From an uncultured Melioribacteraceae bacterium (GTDB taxonomy: Bacteria; Bacteroidota; Ignavibacteria; Ignavibacteriales; Melioribacteraceae): a stretch of 34,893 nucleotides of DNA. Under the pieces are notes generated by a model. That model worked only from the letters and a program-made list of their open reading frames with translations, was not told where the DNA came from and made no database searches. Of this stretch, positions 25,894-34,818 are shown piece after piece. The stretch is taken from contig CAZCBD010000002.1 of the NCBI GenBank assembly GCA_964496755.1, forward strand, positions 1 through 34,893, given 5' to 3'. The position numbers and the translations under genes were made by a program. Every line of letters starts with the position of its first letter. Position 1 is the first letter of the stretch.

Positions 25894-27015
25894 ATGTCGA
25901 AAAGAGATTATTACGAAATACTTGGTGTTGAAAAAAATGCAAATCAGGAAGAACTAAAAAAGGCCTACAGAAAACTAGCAATGAAATATCATCCGGATAG
26001 AAACCCGGGCGATAAGGAAGCGGAAGAAAAATTTAAAGAAGCCGCAGAAGCATATGAAGTTCTGAAAGATGATCAAAAACGTGCTAAATATGATAAATTT
26101 GGTCATGACGGATTAAGAGGAGGCCAGGATTATCATACATATTCAAATTTCGAAGATATATTTTCGAACTTTTCCGACATTTTTGGCGGAGCTTTTGGTG
26201 GCAGTTCTATTTTTGACGATTTCTTTGGCGGAGGAAGATCTTCTCATTCAAGAAGTAGTGCCAAGCCAACAGGGGTTCCGGGAGCAGATTTAAAAATTAC
26301 TTTGAATTTAACTTTAGAAGAAATTGCAGAAGGAACCGTTAAAAAAGTAAAACTGAAGAAATATAAAAAATGTTCTTCATGTAACGGAACAGGTGCCCAT
26401 GATAATAATTCTTACAGCACCTGTCCGGTCTGTAACGGTGCCGGCCAAGTTAAGCAAGTTTCCAGATCACTTTTCGGACAATTTGTAAATATTACAGCCT
26501 GCACAAATTGTGGCGGCACGGGAAAAGTTATTTTGAAAAAATGTGCCTCCTGCAAAGGTGAAGGAAGAGTACATTCTGAATCTACAATTAAAATCAATGT
26601 TCCTGCAGGTGTTGTTGATAATAGTTACATGACTTTACACGGAGAAGGTCATGCAGGAAAACAAGGCGGTAGATCGGGAGATTTAATTGTAATCTTTCAC
26701 GAAAAGAAACATGAGTATTTTGTTCGCGAAGATGATGATGTTATTTATGAATTGGAAATAAGTTATCCCGAAGCCGTTTTAGGTACAAATGTAGAAATAC
26801 CTACTTTAACCGGTAGAGTAAAATTGAAAATTGATCCGGGTACGCAAGCCGGTAAATATTTAAAAATGACAGGCAAAGGAATTAAACATTTAAACAGACA
26901 CGGTGTTGGCAACCAATTGGTAAAAATAAATATTAAGGTGCCAAATAAAATTACTCAAAAGGAAAAAGAACTTTTAACTGAATTGCAAACACAACCAAAT
27001 ATTAAAGTAAAATAA
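25894..27015 (+). CDS. dnaJ: Molecular chaperone DnaJ (type I)
   Basis: 373 aa. It has the J-domain (DYYEILGV...YHPDRNPGD), a G/F-rich linker, and four CxxCxG zinc-finger motifs ([32 protein letters not shown]). Confidence 0.97.
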   Translation: MSKRDYYEILGVEKNANQEELKKAYRKLAMKYHPDRNPGDKEAEEKFKEAAEAYEVLKDDQKRAKYDKFGHDGLRGGQDYHTYSNFEDIFSNFSDIFGGAFGGSSIFDDFFGGGRSSHSRSSAKPTGVPGADLKITLNLTLEEIAEGTVKKVKLKKYKKCSSCNGTGAHDNNSYSTCPVCNGAGQVKQVSRSLFGQFVNITACTNCGGTGKVILKKCASCKGEGRVHSESTIKINVPAGVVDNSYMTLHGEGHAGKQGGRSGDLIVIFHEKKHEYFVREDDDVIYELEISYPEAVLGTNVEIPTLTGRVKLKIDPGTQAGKYLKMTGKGIKHLNRHGVGNQLVKINIKVPNKITQKEKELLTELQTQPNIKVK

Positions 27016-27063
27016 TAATCAACTAAAATATATTAAGCTTAAACAATTTAAGCATATCGTAAT

Positions 27064-27576
27064 ATGAAAAATAAAATTGAAAAATTTAATTTCAATAAAA
27101 ATGAAATTCGTATTCTTATCATTTTATCCTTTGTTTTTGTTTGCTTATTATCTTTTTCTCTTTTTAATAAAACATATTCGATAAATTCAAGTTACAACTA
27201 TGCAAAAATCGACAGTCTGTACTATTCCAAAATTAGCCGAATTAATAACAATAAAGAATTTGAACATAAAAGAAATCTTTCGCTACATAAAGAAAAAAAT
27301 GTTGATAATGATCAAGAACTTTTAGATCTTAGGAATCGCAATATTAAAAATAACACCAATTCTAATGTTAAAAGTACTGTTACTAAAATAAATATTAATA
27401 AAGCCGGAATTAATCTACTAAAAAGTTTACCCGGAATTGGTGAAAAAACAGCAAAAAAAATTATTGAATTTAGAAAACAATTCGGTAACTTTAATAAGAT
27501 AGAAGAAATAAAAAAAGTAAACGGAATTGGAAACAAAAAATTTCAGAAATTAAAAATGTATATTATAATAAAATAA
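27064..27576 (+). CDS. comEA: ComEA-family helix-hairpin-helix DNA-binding protein (membrane anchored)
   Basis: 170 aa. It has an N-terminal TM anchor and a C-terminal tandem HhH: ININKAGINLLKSLPGIGEKTAKKIIEFRKQFGNFNKIEEIKKVNGIGNKKFQKLK. Confidence 0.8.
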   Translation: MKNKIEKFNFNKNEIRILIILSFVFVCLLSFSLFNKTYSINSSYNYAKIDSLYYSKISRINNNKEFEHKRNLSLHKEKNVDNDQELLDLRNRNIKNNTNSNVKSTVTKININKAGINLLKSLPGIGEKTAKKIIEFRKQFGNFNKIEEIKKVNGIGNKKFQKLKMYIIIK

Positions 27577-27600
27577 GAATCTTTTACCCGGAGGGACAAC

Positions 27601-28155
27601 ATGAAAAAAACCGAACCAATGTATATCCATATTATTCTTACAGTGGTTATCCTAGTTTTAGTTTATGTACTTGCTGAAGTTGCTTATTTCATACCGAAAG
27701 AAAAATTGGATAATGAAAATTATTGGACACAAGAATCGCATTTACGTATGAATAATATTCGCCAAGCTGAAATCTTATGGAAAAATAAGTTTAAAAAATT
27801 TACCGATAATCTTGACAGCTTAATTTTATTCATTAAAACCGATTCTACTGTTCTTGCTAAAATAAACGGTTATGATTCACTTTCAATGAAACCGACAAAT
27901 CCTTTTGATACTTTAACAAACGGTAGATTGGATTTTGATTCATTATTCTATTCCCCAAAATCTCATAAATTCTTTATATTAAAAGTTGACACTACGGTAA
28001 AAACCGATTCTACTTTTGATCATCGAGGAAGATTTAGAGGTATAGATACAACTATTATTATTGGCTCAAAATATTATTTAGCTTCACCCGATGGCTATGG
28101 AACAATTGGCGACTTGGAAAGAGATGCTTTAATTAATACTGCTTCGTGGGAATAA
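27601..28155 (+). CDS. Membrane-anchored hypothetical protein, loosely pilin/pseudopilin-like N-terminus
   Basis: 184 aa with a strong RBS (GGAGGG 6-7 nt upstream). It has a single N-terminal hydrophobic helix (MYIHIILTVVILVLVYVLAEVAYFIP). An amphipathic segment follows (SHLRMNNIRQAEILWKNKF), reminiscent of the helix continuation in type IV pilins/GspG. There is no canonical G|F(M)xxxE prepilin site. Confidence 0.5.
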   Translation: MKKTEPMYIHIILTVVILVLVYVLAEVAYFIPKEKLDNENYWTQESHLRMNNIRQAEILWKNKFKKFTDNLDSLILFIKTDSTVLAKINGYDSLSMKPTNPFDTLTNGRLDFDSLFYSPKSHKFFILKVDTTVKTDSTFDHRGRFRGIDTTIIIGSKYYLASPDGYGTIGDLERDALINTASWE

Positions 28156-28171
28156 ATAGGCAAAACAATAA

Positions 28172-29071
28172 GTGTCTTTATTTAAAGATCATATTGGTAT
28201 AAATTTAACTTCGGGCAAACTTCAAGTTGTTGAAGTTTGCCCCGAAGGTAATGATTTTTTTTTAAACGTTGTTGATGAAGAATTTTTTCAAGAATTCTTT
28301 TGCCCCAATTTAAAAGAAACCAAAGCGGTTTCTCTGCTTGAAACAGCTTTTCATGAATTGCAGCTTCGCAATAATTTTTCTTCAAATTTAGTTTCATTTT
28401 CTTTACCTAATAATTTCTTTAAAATTGTTTCTTTGCCTGTTGACGAAACATTAATGAGAAATGATTTGAAAGAAAATTTAATTTGGAATTTATCCATACT
28501 TTTCCCGCAAGAAAATTTTAATAACTATACTGTTCAAACAATTAAAGTTTCCGACCAAAATGCATTAATAGTAGTTACAATTAATATTAATATTTTAAAA
28601 ACTCTTCATAAATTTTGTGTCCGAAATAATTTAATATTAAAATATATCGACAATGCACATTTGGCAGCTAATTTAATTATTAAACCCGAAGCCAATTTGG
28701 GAAACAAAGAAACAGCGTTAAGCATTTATATTTCCGAGTCAAACTTTTCCGTCATCATATTTGATAAATCCAATATTTTTACCTTTCATTCAAAAAAAAT
28801 TACGGATTTTCAGAAATTAATTCCGGCAATTCAAGATTTTGTTTCTGAAAATATTAATTTTAAATTAAGTAAAATTTCAAAATCTTTTATTTGCGGTGAA
28901 AATATCTCGGATAGTTTAATTGAACAAATAGGCAATACTCTGAATATTATCCCGATTAAAATAAATCCTTTTCAAAAAATTAAATTTAAAAATCCGACTG
29001 AAAATAAATTTGTTGAACAGCAAAGTAATCTTTTTGTATCTGCTGCCGGAATTGCTTTTCGGATGGTTTAA
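28172..29071 (+). CDS. PilM-like actin-fold protein (degenerate nucleotide-binding motifs)
   Basis: 299 aa with a GTG start immediately after an in-frame stop. Its layout parallels PilM. N-terminus: HIGINLTSGKLQVVEV (compare iGiDiGsssiKvvel). Middle: SFSLPNNFFKIVSLPVDETLMRNDLKENLIWNLSILFP. Later: ICGENISDSLIEQIGNTLNIIPIKINPFQ (compare l.GGga.l.gl...l...v...nPf). C-terminus: VSAAGIAFR (compare a.GLAlR). Confidence 0.55.
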   Translation: MSLFKDHIGINLTSGKLQVVEVCPEGNDFFLNVVDEEFFQEFFCPNLKETKAVSLLETAFHELQLRNNFSSNLVSFSLPNNFFKIVSLPVDETLMRNDLKENLIWNLSILFPQENFNNYTVQTIKVSDQNALIVVTININILKTLHKFCVRNNLILKYIDNAHLAANLIIKPEANLGNKETALSIYISESNFSVIIFDKSNIFTFHSKKITDFQKLIPAIQDFVSENINFKLSKISKSFICGENISDSLIEQIGNTLNIIPIKINPFQKIKFKNPTENKFVEQQSNLFVSAAGIAFRMV

Positions 29072-29107
29072 TCAAACTTTTTAATTCCAAGTTGAATATT
29101 TTAAAAC

Positions 29108-29136
29108 AAAAAAAGACTGCTTAAAAAAGCAGCCTT
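29108..29136 (-). terminator. Terminator downstream of the M16 peptidase pair (possibly also stops the plus-strand pilM-like unit)
   Basis: Stem ctgctt (29117-29122) / aagcag (29127-29132) with loop aaaa. On the minus strand it is followed by tcttttttt. It sits between convergent genes ending at 29071 (+) and 29158 (-). Confidence 0.55.
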
Positions 29137-29157
29137 TAAAATAAATTTAACTAAATA

Positions 29158-31221
29158 TTATTTGAAAATTGAATCGTCAACCCCTTTATTAATTTCCGCT
29201 TTTGTAGTAGTTAACTCAAAATTCATCATTCCATTTTGGTTAGATATTTTTGCGGGAATTTTATAACCGTCAACATCCATATATTCTTTAATCTCTACTG
29301 TAGTATTTTGCGGTCCTTGCGGAGTGCTAACTGATGTAACGGTTTTTAATAATAAACCGGTTTCAACATCATAAAACATTACAGTTAGAATTTTTTCCGT
29401 CGGAGCATATGATACTTTATAAGTATCTTTTCCGTTTACTTTTTCTGTTCCGAGCAACTTGTATTTATCAATATTGTTTTTCCATTTTAATTGAGCATAC
29501 ATATCAGCTTGTATTTTCATTTGTTCAAGCTGAGCTCCTTCAATGGGTTTTTCTTGGCCCATCATTGATACGGTTCCTTTTTCACCATCAAAAACACTTT
29601 TAATTACCATTGGTCCTGCAGTAATATTTGTAGCAATTTTATTAGGGGCTTTTTGAATAGTTTCAATTATCATTTTTTGCCCTTGAATTTCACCTTCCAT
29701 AACTACGGTTTTATCTTTGATATTTTTAATTTTTTCAACGCCACCCAATACTTTTATATATTTGTTCATAATCGATTCAATGGTTACATCCGAAGGTAAA
29801 GCTTTTAACGACGGATCGTATTCGTTACCTTTAAAATCGTAATAATGAATTTTTCCACTTGGACTAAATTGTTTCATTTTATCGGCAACCTCATCTGCCT
29901 TGCCTACAACAATTACCCAAGCTTTGTTTGGTGTAAAATATTTTCTTGCAATTTTCTTAATATCAGTTGAAGTTACTGAGTTTACTGCCTTCAAATAATT
30001 TTTGTAATAATCTTTCGGAAGATTATAAATAGCTATGTTTAATGCGAAACTTGCTATTGTTTGAGGACTTTCTAGGGAACGCGCAAATGAACCGATTATG
30101 TATTTCTTTGCTGCTTCTATTTCTTCGGTTGTTATACCGTCTTCACGAACCTTTTTCATTTCTTTTATAATTTCTGTAATTGAACTATCCGTAACAGCAT
30201 TTCTAACCTGACACCAAGCAGAAAAATCTCCAATTAATTCATCGGGCGAAAATGTTGAATAAGCACCGTAAGTATAGGCTTTATCTTCTCTCAAGTTCAT
30301 AAATAATCTGGCTGTTGCAGAACCACCGAAAGCATGATTTAGTATTTTCAACGGAAAATAATCTTTGTCTGATAGTTTTAATTTTATAGGATATGCAATT
30401 TTTACAACCGACTGAACTCCGGTCGGATTATCAATTATTGCTACTTTTCTAACCAAAGGTTTTCTTGGAAGTTTATATTTAAAAGTAGGCACTTCTTTTT
30501 TTTGCCATTTAGCAAAATACTTTTCAACCAATTCTTTTGCTTTGTCTACTGATATATCGCCAACTATTGCCATGTGTGCTACATTGGGTCTGAAATATTC
30601 ATCATAATATTTTTGGCACATTTCAATAGTAATTGAATTAACGGATTCTTCTGTTTTTATTTCTCCATAAGGATGATTTTTTCCGTAAATAAGAGCTTCA
30701 CTCACACTTTTCATAATTGAATTAGGATCAGTCTGAGCCATTTTTAAACCGGATAATTCCTGTTTTTTTATTTTATCTAATTCCTCGTTTTTAAAATCCG
30801 GATTTAATATCACATCTGAAAAAAGATTCATTATTTTATCAGTATATTTAGAAAGTCCGCCTGCACTACAAAAATTCGAAGATGTATTTATATAAGCTCC
30901 AATAAAATCGATTTCTTCATCCAGTTGATCTTTGGGTCTATTCTTAGTTCCTCTCCGAAGCAAATTTCCCATTGCACTAATATAACCTACATTTTCTTTT
31001 TCAAGAACGGGATCGGTTTTAAATACAAGACGAATATCAATTCTGGGTAATTTATGATTTTCAATAACATACACTTTTAAGCCGTTTTCCAATTGAAACG
31101 ATTGATAATCGGCAATTTTAACTTCAGGTGCCGGACCAGCTTCAGGTGCTTTTGTTCTATCAACTTGTGCAAATAAAAAAGAAGTTAGCATCAAAAGCAT
31201 TACTAAAATTTTATTTTTCAT
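29158..31221 (-). CDS. M16 (pitrilysin) family protein lacking the HxxEH zinc motif, with ~220-aa extra C-terminal domain
   Basis: I moved the start to ATG 31221 (MKNKILVMLLMLTSFLFA|QVDR) because GGAG lies 9 nt upstream; the ORF-track start is 31236. It has M16 two-lobe architecture. At the position of HxxEH it has GYISAMGNLLRRGT, so it is the non-catalytic type. The C-terminal ~220 aa lie beyond the normal M16 length (...VTIESIMNKYIKVLGG...GTEKVNGKDTYKVSY...). Confidence 0.8.
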   Translation of the reverse strand: MKNKILVMLLMLTSFLFAQVDRTKAPEAGPAPEVKIADYQSFQLENGLKVYVIENHKLPRIDIRLVFKTDPVLEKENVGYISAMGNLLRRGTKNRPKDQLDEEIDFIGAYINTSSNFCSAGGLSKYTDKIMNLFSDVILNPDFKNEELDKIKKQELSGLKMAQTDPNSIMKSVSEALIYGKNHPYGEIKTEESVNSITIEMCQKYYDEYFRPNVAHMAIVGDISVDKAKELVEKYFAKWQKKEVPTFKYKLPRKPLVRKVAIIDNPTGVQSVVKIAYPIKLKLSDKDYFPLKILNHAFGGSATARLFMNLREDKAYTYGAYSTFSPDELIGDFSAWCQVRNAVTDSSITEIIKEMKKVREDGITTEEIEAAKKYIIGSFARSLESPQTIASFALNIAIYNLPKDYYKNYLKAVNSVTSTDIKKIARKYFTPNKAWVIVVGKADEVADKMKQFSPSGKIHYYDFKGNEYDPSLKALPSDVTIESIMNKYIKVLGGVEKIKNIKDKTVVMEGEIQGQKMIIETIQKAPNKIATNITAGPMVIKSVFDGEKGTVSMMGQEKPIEGAQLEQMKIQADMYAQLKWKNNIDKYKLLGTEKVNGKDTYKVSYAPTEKILTVMFYDVETGLLLKTVTSVSTPQGPQNTTVEIKEYMDVDGYKIPAKISNQNGMMNFELTTTKAEINKGVDDSIFK

Positions 31222-31262
31222 TTTATTAAACTCCATTTTATATCAAAATTTTCAACATTAAA

Positions 31263-32684
31263 CTATTTATTATCCAAATTTTTATTATCCGCAGGTTTTT
31301 GGGATTTCGGTAAATAGTAAAGTACCGTTCTGTTCTCTTTTGTAAGATACTGCTTTGCTACTCTTTGAATATCCTCTTTTGTTACATTCAAATAATTTTC
31401 CAGATCAGTGTTAATTAAATTCGTATTACCGAACAATGTGTAATAAGTAGCCAATTCTTGCGCAATGGAAGAAACGGAACTGTTTTTGCTCAGAAATTTA
31501 TTTTCAATTTGATTTCTTAATTTTTGAAATTCTTTGTCGCTAATTAATTCATTTTTAACTTTTTCCACTTCAATATCAATTTCTTTTTCTAAATCTTCAG
31601 GTTTAACTCCCATATTTGCAATTGCATAAGTTATAAACAAACCCGGATCTTCAAGCGGTAAGGGAATTGCCGCAGCACCTACGGCCAATTGTTTTTTGTC
31701 AACAATTTGCTTTTGTATTCTGGAACTGTTTCCACCGGAAAGAAGTGTACTTAACATCTGAAATGCATAATAATCTTTTTCACCCTGAGCAGGCATATGA
31801 TAAGCCTGAATTACGGCAGGAAGCTGAATATTATCATAAACTATGTCTCTTATTTCTTCTGTTTGTTTCGGTTCAACTATATCTTTTAATTCAACTTCTT
31901 CTTTTTGTTTAATGCCCATTTTGGCAAATCTTTTAGCCACAGATTTTGCATTCGGTCTGTAAATGTGTTTTGTTCCGCGCGGAATTTCTCCAAAATATTT
32001 TTCTATTTCTTTTTTTGCCTCTTCAATTTCAAAATCCCCGGCCAAAACCAAACATGCATTATTCGGTACATAATAAGTTTTATAAAAATCCATGAATTCG
32101 CTTAATGTAGCTTGATCTATATATTGAGCTGAACCTATCGGAATCCATCTGTAAGGGTGTACTTTGTATGCGTGCGAAAATATTTGTTCTAGAATAGAAC
32201 CGTAAGGTCTATTTTCCAATGTTTGTTTTCTTTCTTCTTTTACTACTTTTCTCTGAGTTTCAACGCCAATACTATCTACTTTCAAATGCATCATTCTTTC
32301 TGATTCCAACCATAAACCCAAATCAAACTGATTGGAGGGTAAAATTTCATAGTAATAAGTGAAATCAAAAGATGTGAATGCATTGTTTGTTCCACCATTA
32401 TTTGTTACATATTTGAAATACTCTCCACGATCAATATTATCGGAACCTTCAAACATCAAATGTTCGAAAAAGTGTGCAAAGCCGGTTCTATTTGGTTGTT
32501 CGTTTTTTGAACCTACATGATATAGAACAGAAAAGTTTACAATTGGAGTTGAATTATCTTGATGTAAAATAACATGTAATCCATTTTCCAAATCATATTC
32601 TACGAAATCAATTCTTTTCCCTTGCCCAAAATTAACTGAAATAAAAAAGAGCAATAAAAAAAACAATGTGAAAATTCTTTTCAT
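31263..32684 (-). CDS. M16 (pitrilysin/insulinase) family zinc peptidase, catalytic type
   Basis: 473 aa with the signal peptide ...ISVNFG|Q. The intact inverted zinc motif HFFEH (nt 32460-32474) sits within GFAHFFEHLMFEGS, and a downstream Glu lies in ...ERMMH/VVKEERK. It is 26-41 nt upstream of its non-catalytic partner. Confidence 0.9.
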   Translation of the reverse strand: MKRIFTLFFLLLFFISVNFGQGKRIDFVEYDLENGLHVILHQDNSTPIVNFSVLYHVGSKNEQPNRTGFAHFFEHLMFEGSDNIDRGEYFKYVTNNGGTNNAFTSFDFTYYYEILPSNQFDLGLWLESERMMHLKVDSIGVETQRKVVKEERKQTLENRPYGSILEQIFSHAYKVHPYRWIPIGSAQYIDQATLSEFMDFYKTYYVPNNACLVLAGDFEIEEAKKEIEKYFGEIPRGTKHIYRPNAKSVAKRFAKMGIKQKEEVELKDIVEPKQTEEIRDIVYDNIQLPAVIQAYHMPAQGEKDYYAFQMLSTLLSGGNSSRIQKQIVDKKQLAVGAAAIPLPLEDPGLFITYAIANMGVKPEDLEKEIDIEVEKVKNELISDKEFQKLRNQIENKFLSKNSSVSSIAQELATYYTLFGNTNLINTDLENYLNVTKEDIQRVAKQYLTKENRTVLYYLPKSQKPADNKNLDNK

Positions 32685-32790
32685 AATTTTTCCTTATTTG
32701 TTTGCTTAATTAATTTATTAAATAATAAAAGTTTTGTTTACATTTGTTATATTTTTAAATGCATACTAAATTGACGCTAAATTATTCATA

Positions 32791-33276
32791 TTGTTACAAA
32801 ATTATTTAAAAATATTGCCATTATTAATTATTACGTTTGGATGCCTTCCAGCCCCTAAGTTTTTCGTAAAACCCGATAATAAACAATCAACCAAATTAGA
32901 AACACAAAAAAATAATAATTATTTAAAATTAAAGCCAATAAAATCCGTAGTTGGAATGGCTTCTTTTTATGCAGAACAATTTCATGGTAGAATAACATTT
33001 AACGGCGAAGTTTATGATATGTACGGTTTAACGGCAGCACATCCAACTTATCCTATGAATACCATTATTAGAGTAACAAATTTGAAAAACGGAAAAAAAA
33101 CAATTATTAGAATTAATGACCGAATGCCTTATCGTTCCGATAGAATTATAGATTTATCTTTTGGCACTGCAAAAGCATTAGGGATGATACCCCGTGGCAT
33201 ACAGCAGGTAAGATTGGATATCCTGAAATGGGGAAATAATTCAAGATTTAATAATTTAATTTTAAAGGAAAAGTAA
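32791..33276 (+). CDS. rlpA: RlpA-family septal ring lytic transglycosylase-like lipoprotein (DPBB domain)
   Basis: 161 aa. The lipobox is LIITFG|C. The DPBB core reads GMASFYAEQFHGRITFNGEVYDMYGLTAAHPTYPMNTIIRVTNLKNGKKTIIRINDRMPY...IIDLSFGTAKALG. The apparent start is TTG. Confidence 0.85.
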   Translation: MLQNYLKILPLLIITFGCLPAPKFFVKPDNKQSTKLETQKNNNYLKLKPIKSVVGMASFYAEQFHGRITFNGEVYDMYGLTAAHPTYPMNTIIRVTNLKNGKKTIIRINDRMPYRSDRIIDLSFGTAKALGMIPRGIQQVRLDILKWGNNSRFNNLILKEK

Positions 33277-34668
33277 GTGCAAAAAAGCAAAAAACTGGGT
33301 GTTGAAAAAATAAGTAAATTACTTTTTAATCTTTCGGCACCGGCTACAATTGGAATGCTGGTAATTGCACTTTATAATATTGTTGATACGATATTTGTGG
33401 GTCGTGGCGTCGGAACTCTTGCAATTGCAGGTGTCTCGGTTGTGTTTCCCATTCAAATGATTATTACAACTATGGGGCAAACTATCGGTGTTGGTAGTGC
33501 TTCGCTAATTTCCCGATTTTTGGGTGCGGATGATTTAAAAAGTGCAAATCGTGTTTTTGGCAATTTGCTGACCTTAATTTTTGCGTTTAGTTTCATTATT
33601 GTTTGCTTCGGTTACATTTTTATTAAACCGGTTTTAATTTTGTTTGGAGCACAAGGAGAAATTTATCAATCGGCTTACGACTATTTTATTGTTTTACTTC
33701 CCGGATTGTTTTTACTCAATTTTGCGATGGCAATAAATAATATCATCCGAGCCGAAGGAAACGCAAAACATTCGATGTTTTCACTCTTAATTGCTGCAAT
33801 TGCAAACATTATCCTTGATCCTATTTTCATTTTCGTATTCGACCTTGGAGTAAAAGGCGCCGCTTGGGCCACCAACGTTGCACAATTATTTACTTTTATT
33901 TATCTGCTTTATTATTATAAATCAGGAAAAAGTGAACTTAAATTTTTATTTGCTAATTTAAAATTAGACAAAAAAATAACAGAAGAAACTTTTGCAATTG
34001 GCGCGGCTTCATCTGTTCGCCACGGTGCACAAGGAATTCTATCGGCATTATTAAATAATTTGCTGGTAGTTTTCGGAGGTGAAATTGCTGTTGCTGCCTT
34101 TGGTATTATTAATCGAATAATGCGGGTTGTATTTTTGCCCTTAATCGGAATAGCACAGGGGTTTATGCCCATTGCAGGTTTTAATTACGGTGCCGGAAAT
34201 TTTAAAAGAGTTAAAAAGGTTTTTAATACGGCATCATTGTGGAGTACAATTTTTTCATTAACTTGCTTTTTTATTTTATTCTTTTTCCCCACACAAATAA
34301 TGAAAATTTTTAGTAATGATATCCAATTAGTAGAGTTGGGAAGTTATGCTCTTCGGATAATCATTCTTATGCTTCCTATTATCGGCTTTCAGATGATTGG
34401 AGGAGGATATTATCAAGCAATTGGCAAAGCCGGACAAGCTATGTTTTTGGCACTTTTACGACAAACAATTATTTTAATTCCGCTTATTTTGATTCTTCCT
34501 AATTTATTTGGACTAAACGGCATCTGGTATTCTTTTCCGATAGCAGATTTGCTTTCTGCTATTATTACAGTATTTGTTTTGTTACCTGAGTTTAAGCAAT
34601 TAAAAAAAACAGACGCTGATTTTACTAAAATTGAAAATATAAATTCAAGAAACCGCAGTAAAAAATAA
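33277..34668 (+). CDS. MATE family efflux transporter
   Basis: 463 aa with 12 TM segments. Motifs: LFNLSAPATIGMLVIALYNIVDTIFVGRGVGTLAIAG and the second-half FAIGAASSVRHGAQG...AAFGIINR. The GTG start directly abuts the rlpA stop, with AAGGAAAAG upstream. Confidence 0.85.
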   Translation: MQKSKKLGVEKISKLLFNLSAPATIGMLVIALYNIVDTIFVGRGVGTLAIAGVSVVFPIQMIITTMGQTIGVGSASLISRFLGADDLKSANRVFGNLLTLIFAFSFIIVCFGYIFIKPVLILFGAQGEIYQSAYDYFIVLLPGLFLLNFAMAINNIIRAEGNAKHSMFSLLIAAIANIILDPIFIFVFDLGVKGAAWATNVAQLFTFIYLLYYYKSGKSELKFLFANLKLDKKITEETFAIGAASSVRHGAQGILSALLNNLLVVFGGEIAVAAFGIINRIMRVVFLPLIGIAQGFMPIAGFNYGAGNFKRVKKVFNTASLWSTIFSLTCFFILFFFPTQIMKIFSNDIQLVELGSYALRIIILMLPIIGFQMIGGGYYQAIGKAGQAMFLALLRQTIILIPLILILPNLFGLNGIWYSFPIADLLSAIITVFVLLPEFKQLKKTDADFTKIENINSRNRSKK

Positions 34669-34734
34669 ACTGCACAACAATAGATATAATAATAAATCCA
34701 CAAAAGTTAAAATTTGAACCTGATTAAAACCCCC

Positions 34735-34774
34735 ACCCTGAGCGAAATCTGAACCCTGAGCCTGTCGAAGGGTG
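34735..34774. repeat. Inverted copy of the tandem-repeat core, plus a short direct repeat (accctgagc x2)
   Basis: ctgagcctgtcgaag (34756-34770) is the exact reverse complement of cttcgacaggctcag (34818-34832, recurring in each tandem unit). accctgagc occurs at both 34735-34743 and 34753-34761. An A-rich tract (34772-34790) separates the arms. Confidence 0.85.
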
Positions 34775-34818
34775 AAAAAAAAATAAAAAACGGTTTATTG
34801 AAAAACTCCCCCGCATAC

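Noticed and set aside
27037-27053. Hairpin gcttaaa-caa-tttaagc after dnaJ as a terminator
   Set aside because: It is a 7-bp AT-rich stem with no following T-run, and comEA starts 11 nt later. It is more likely read through.
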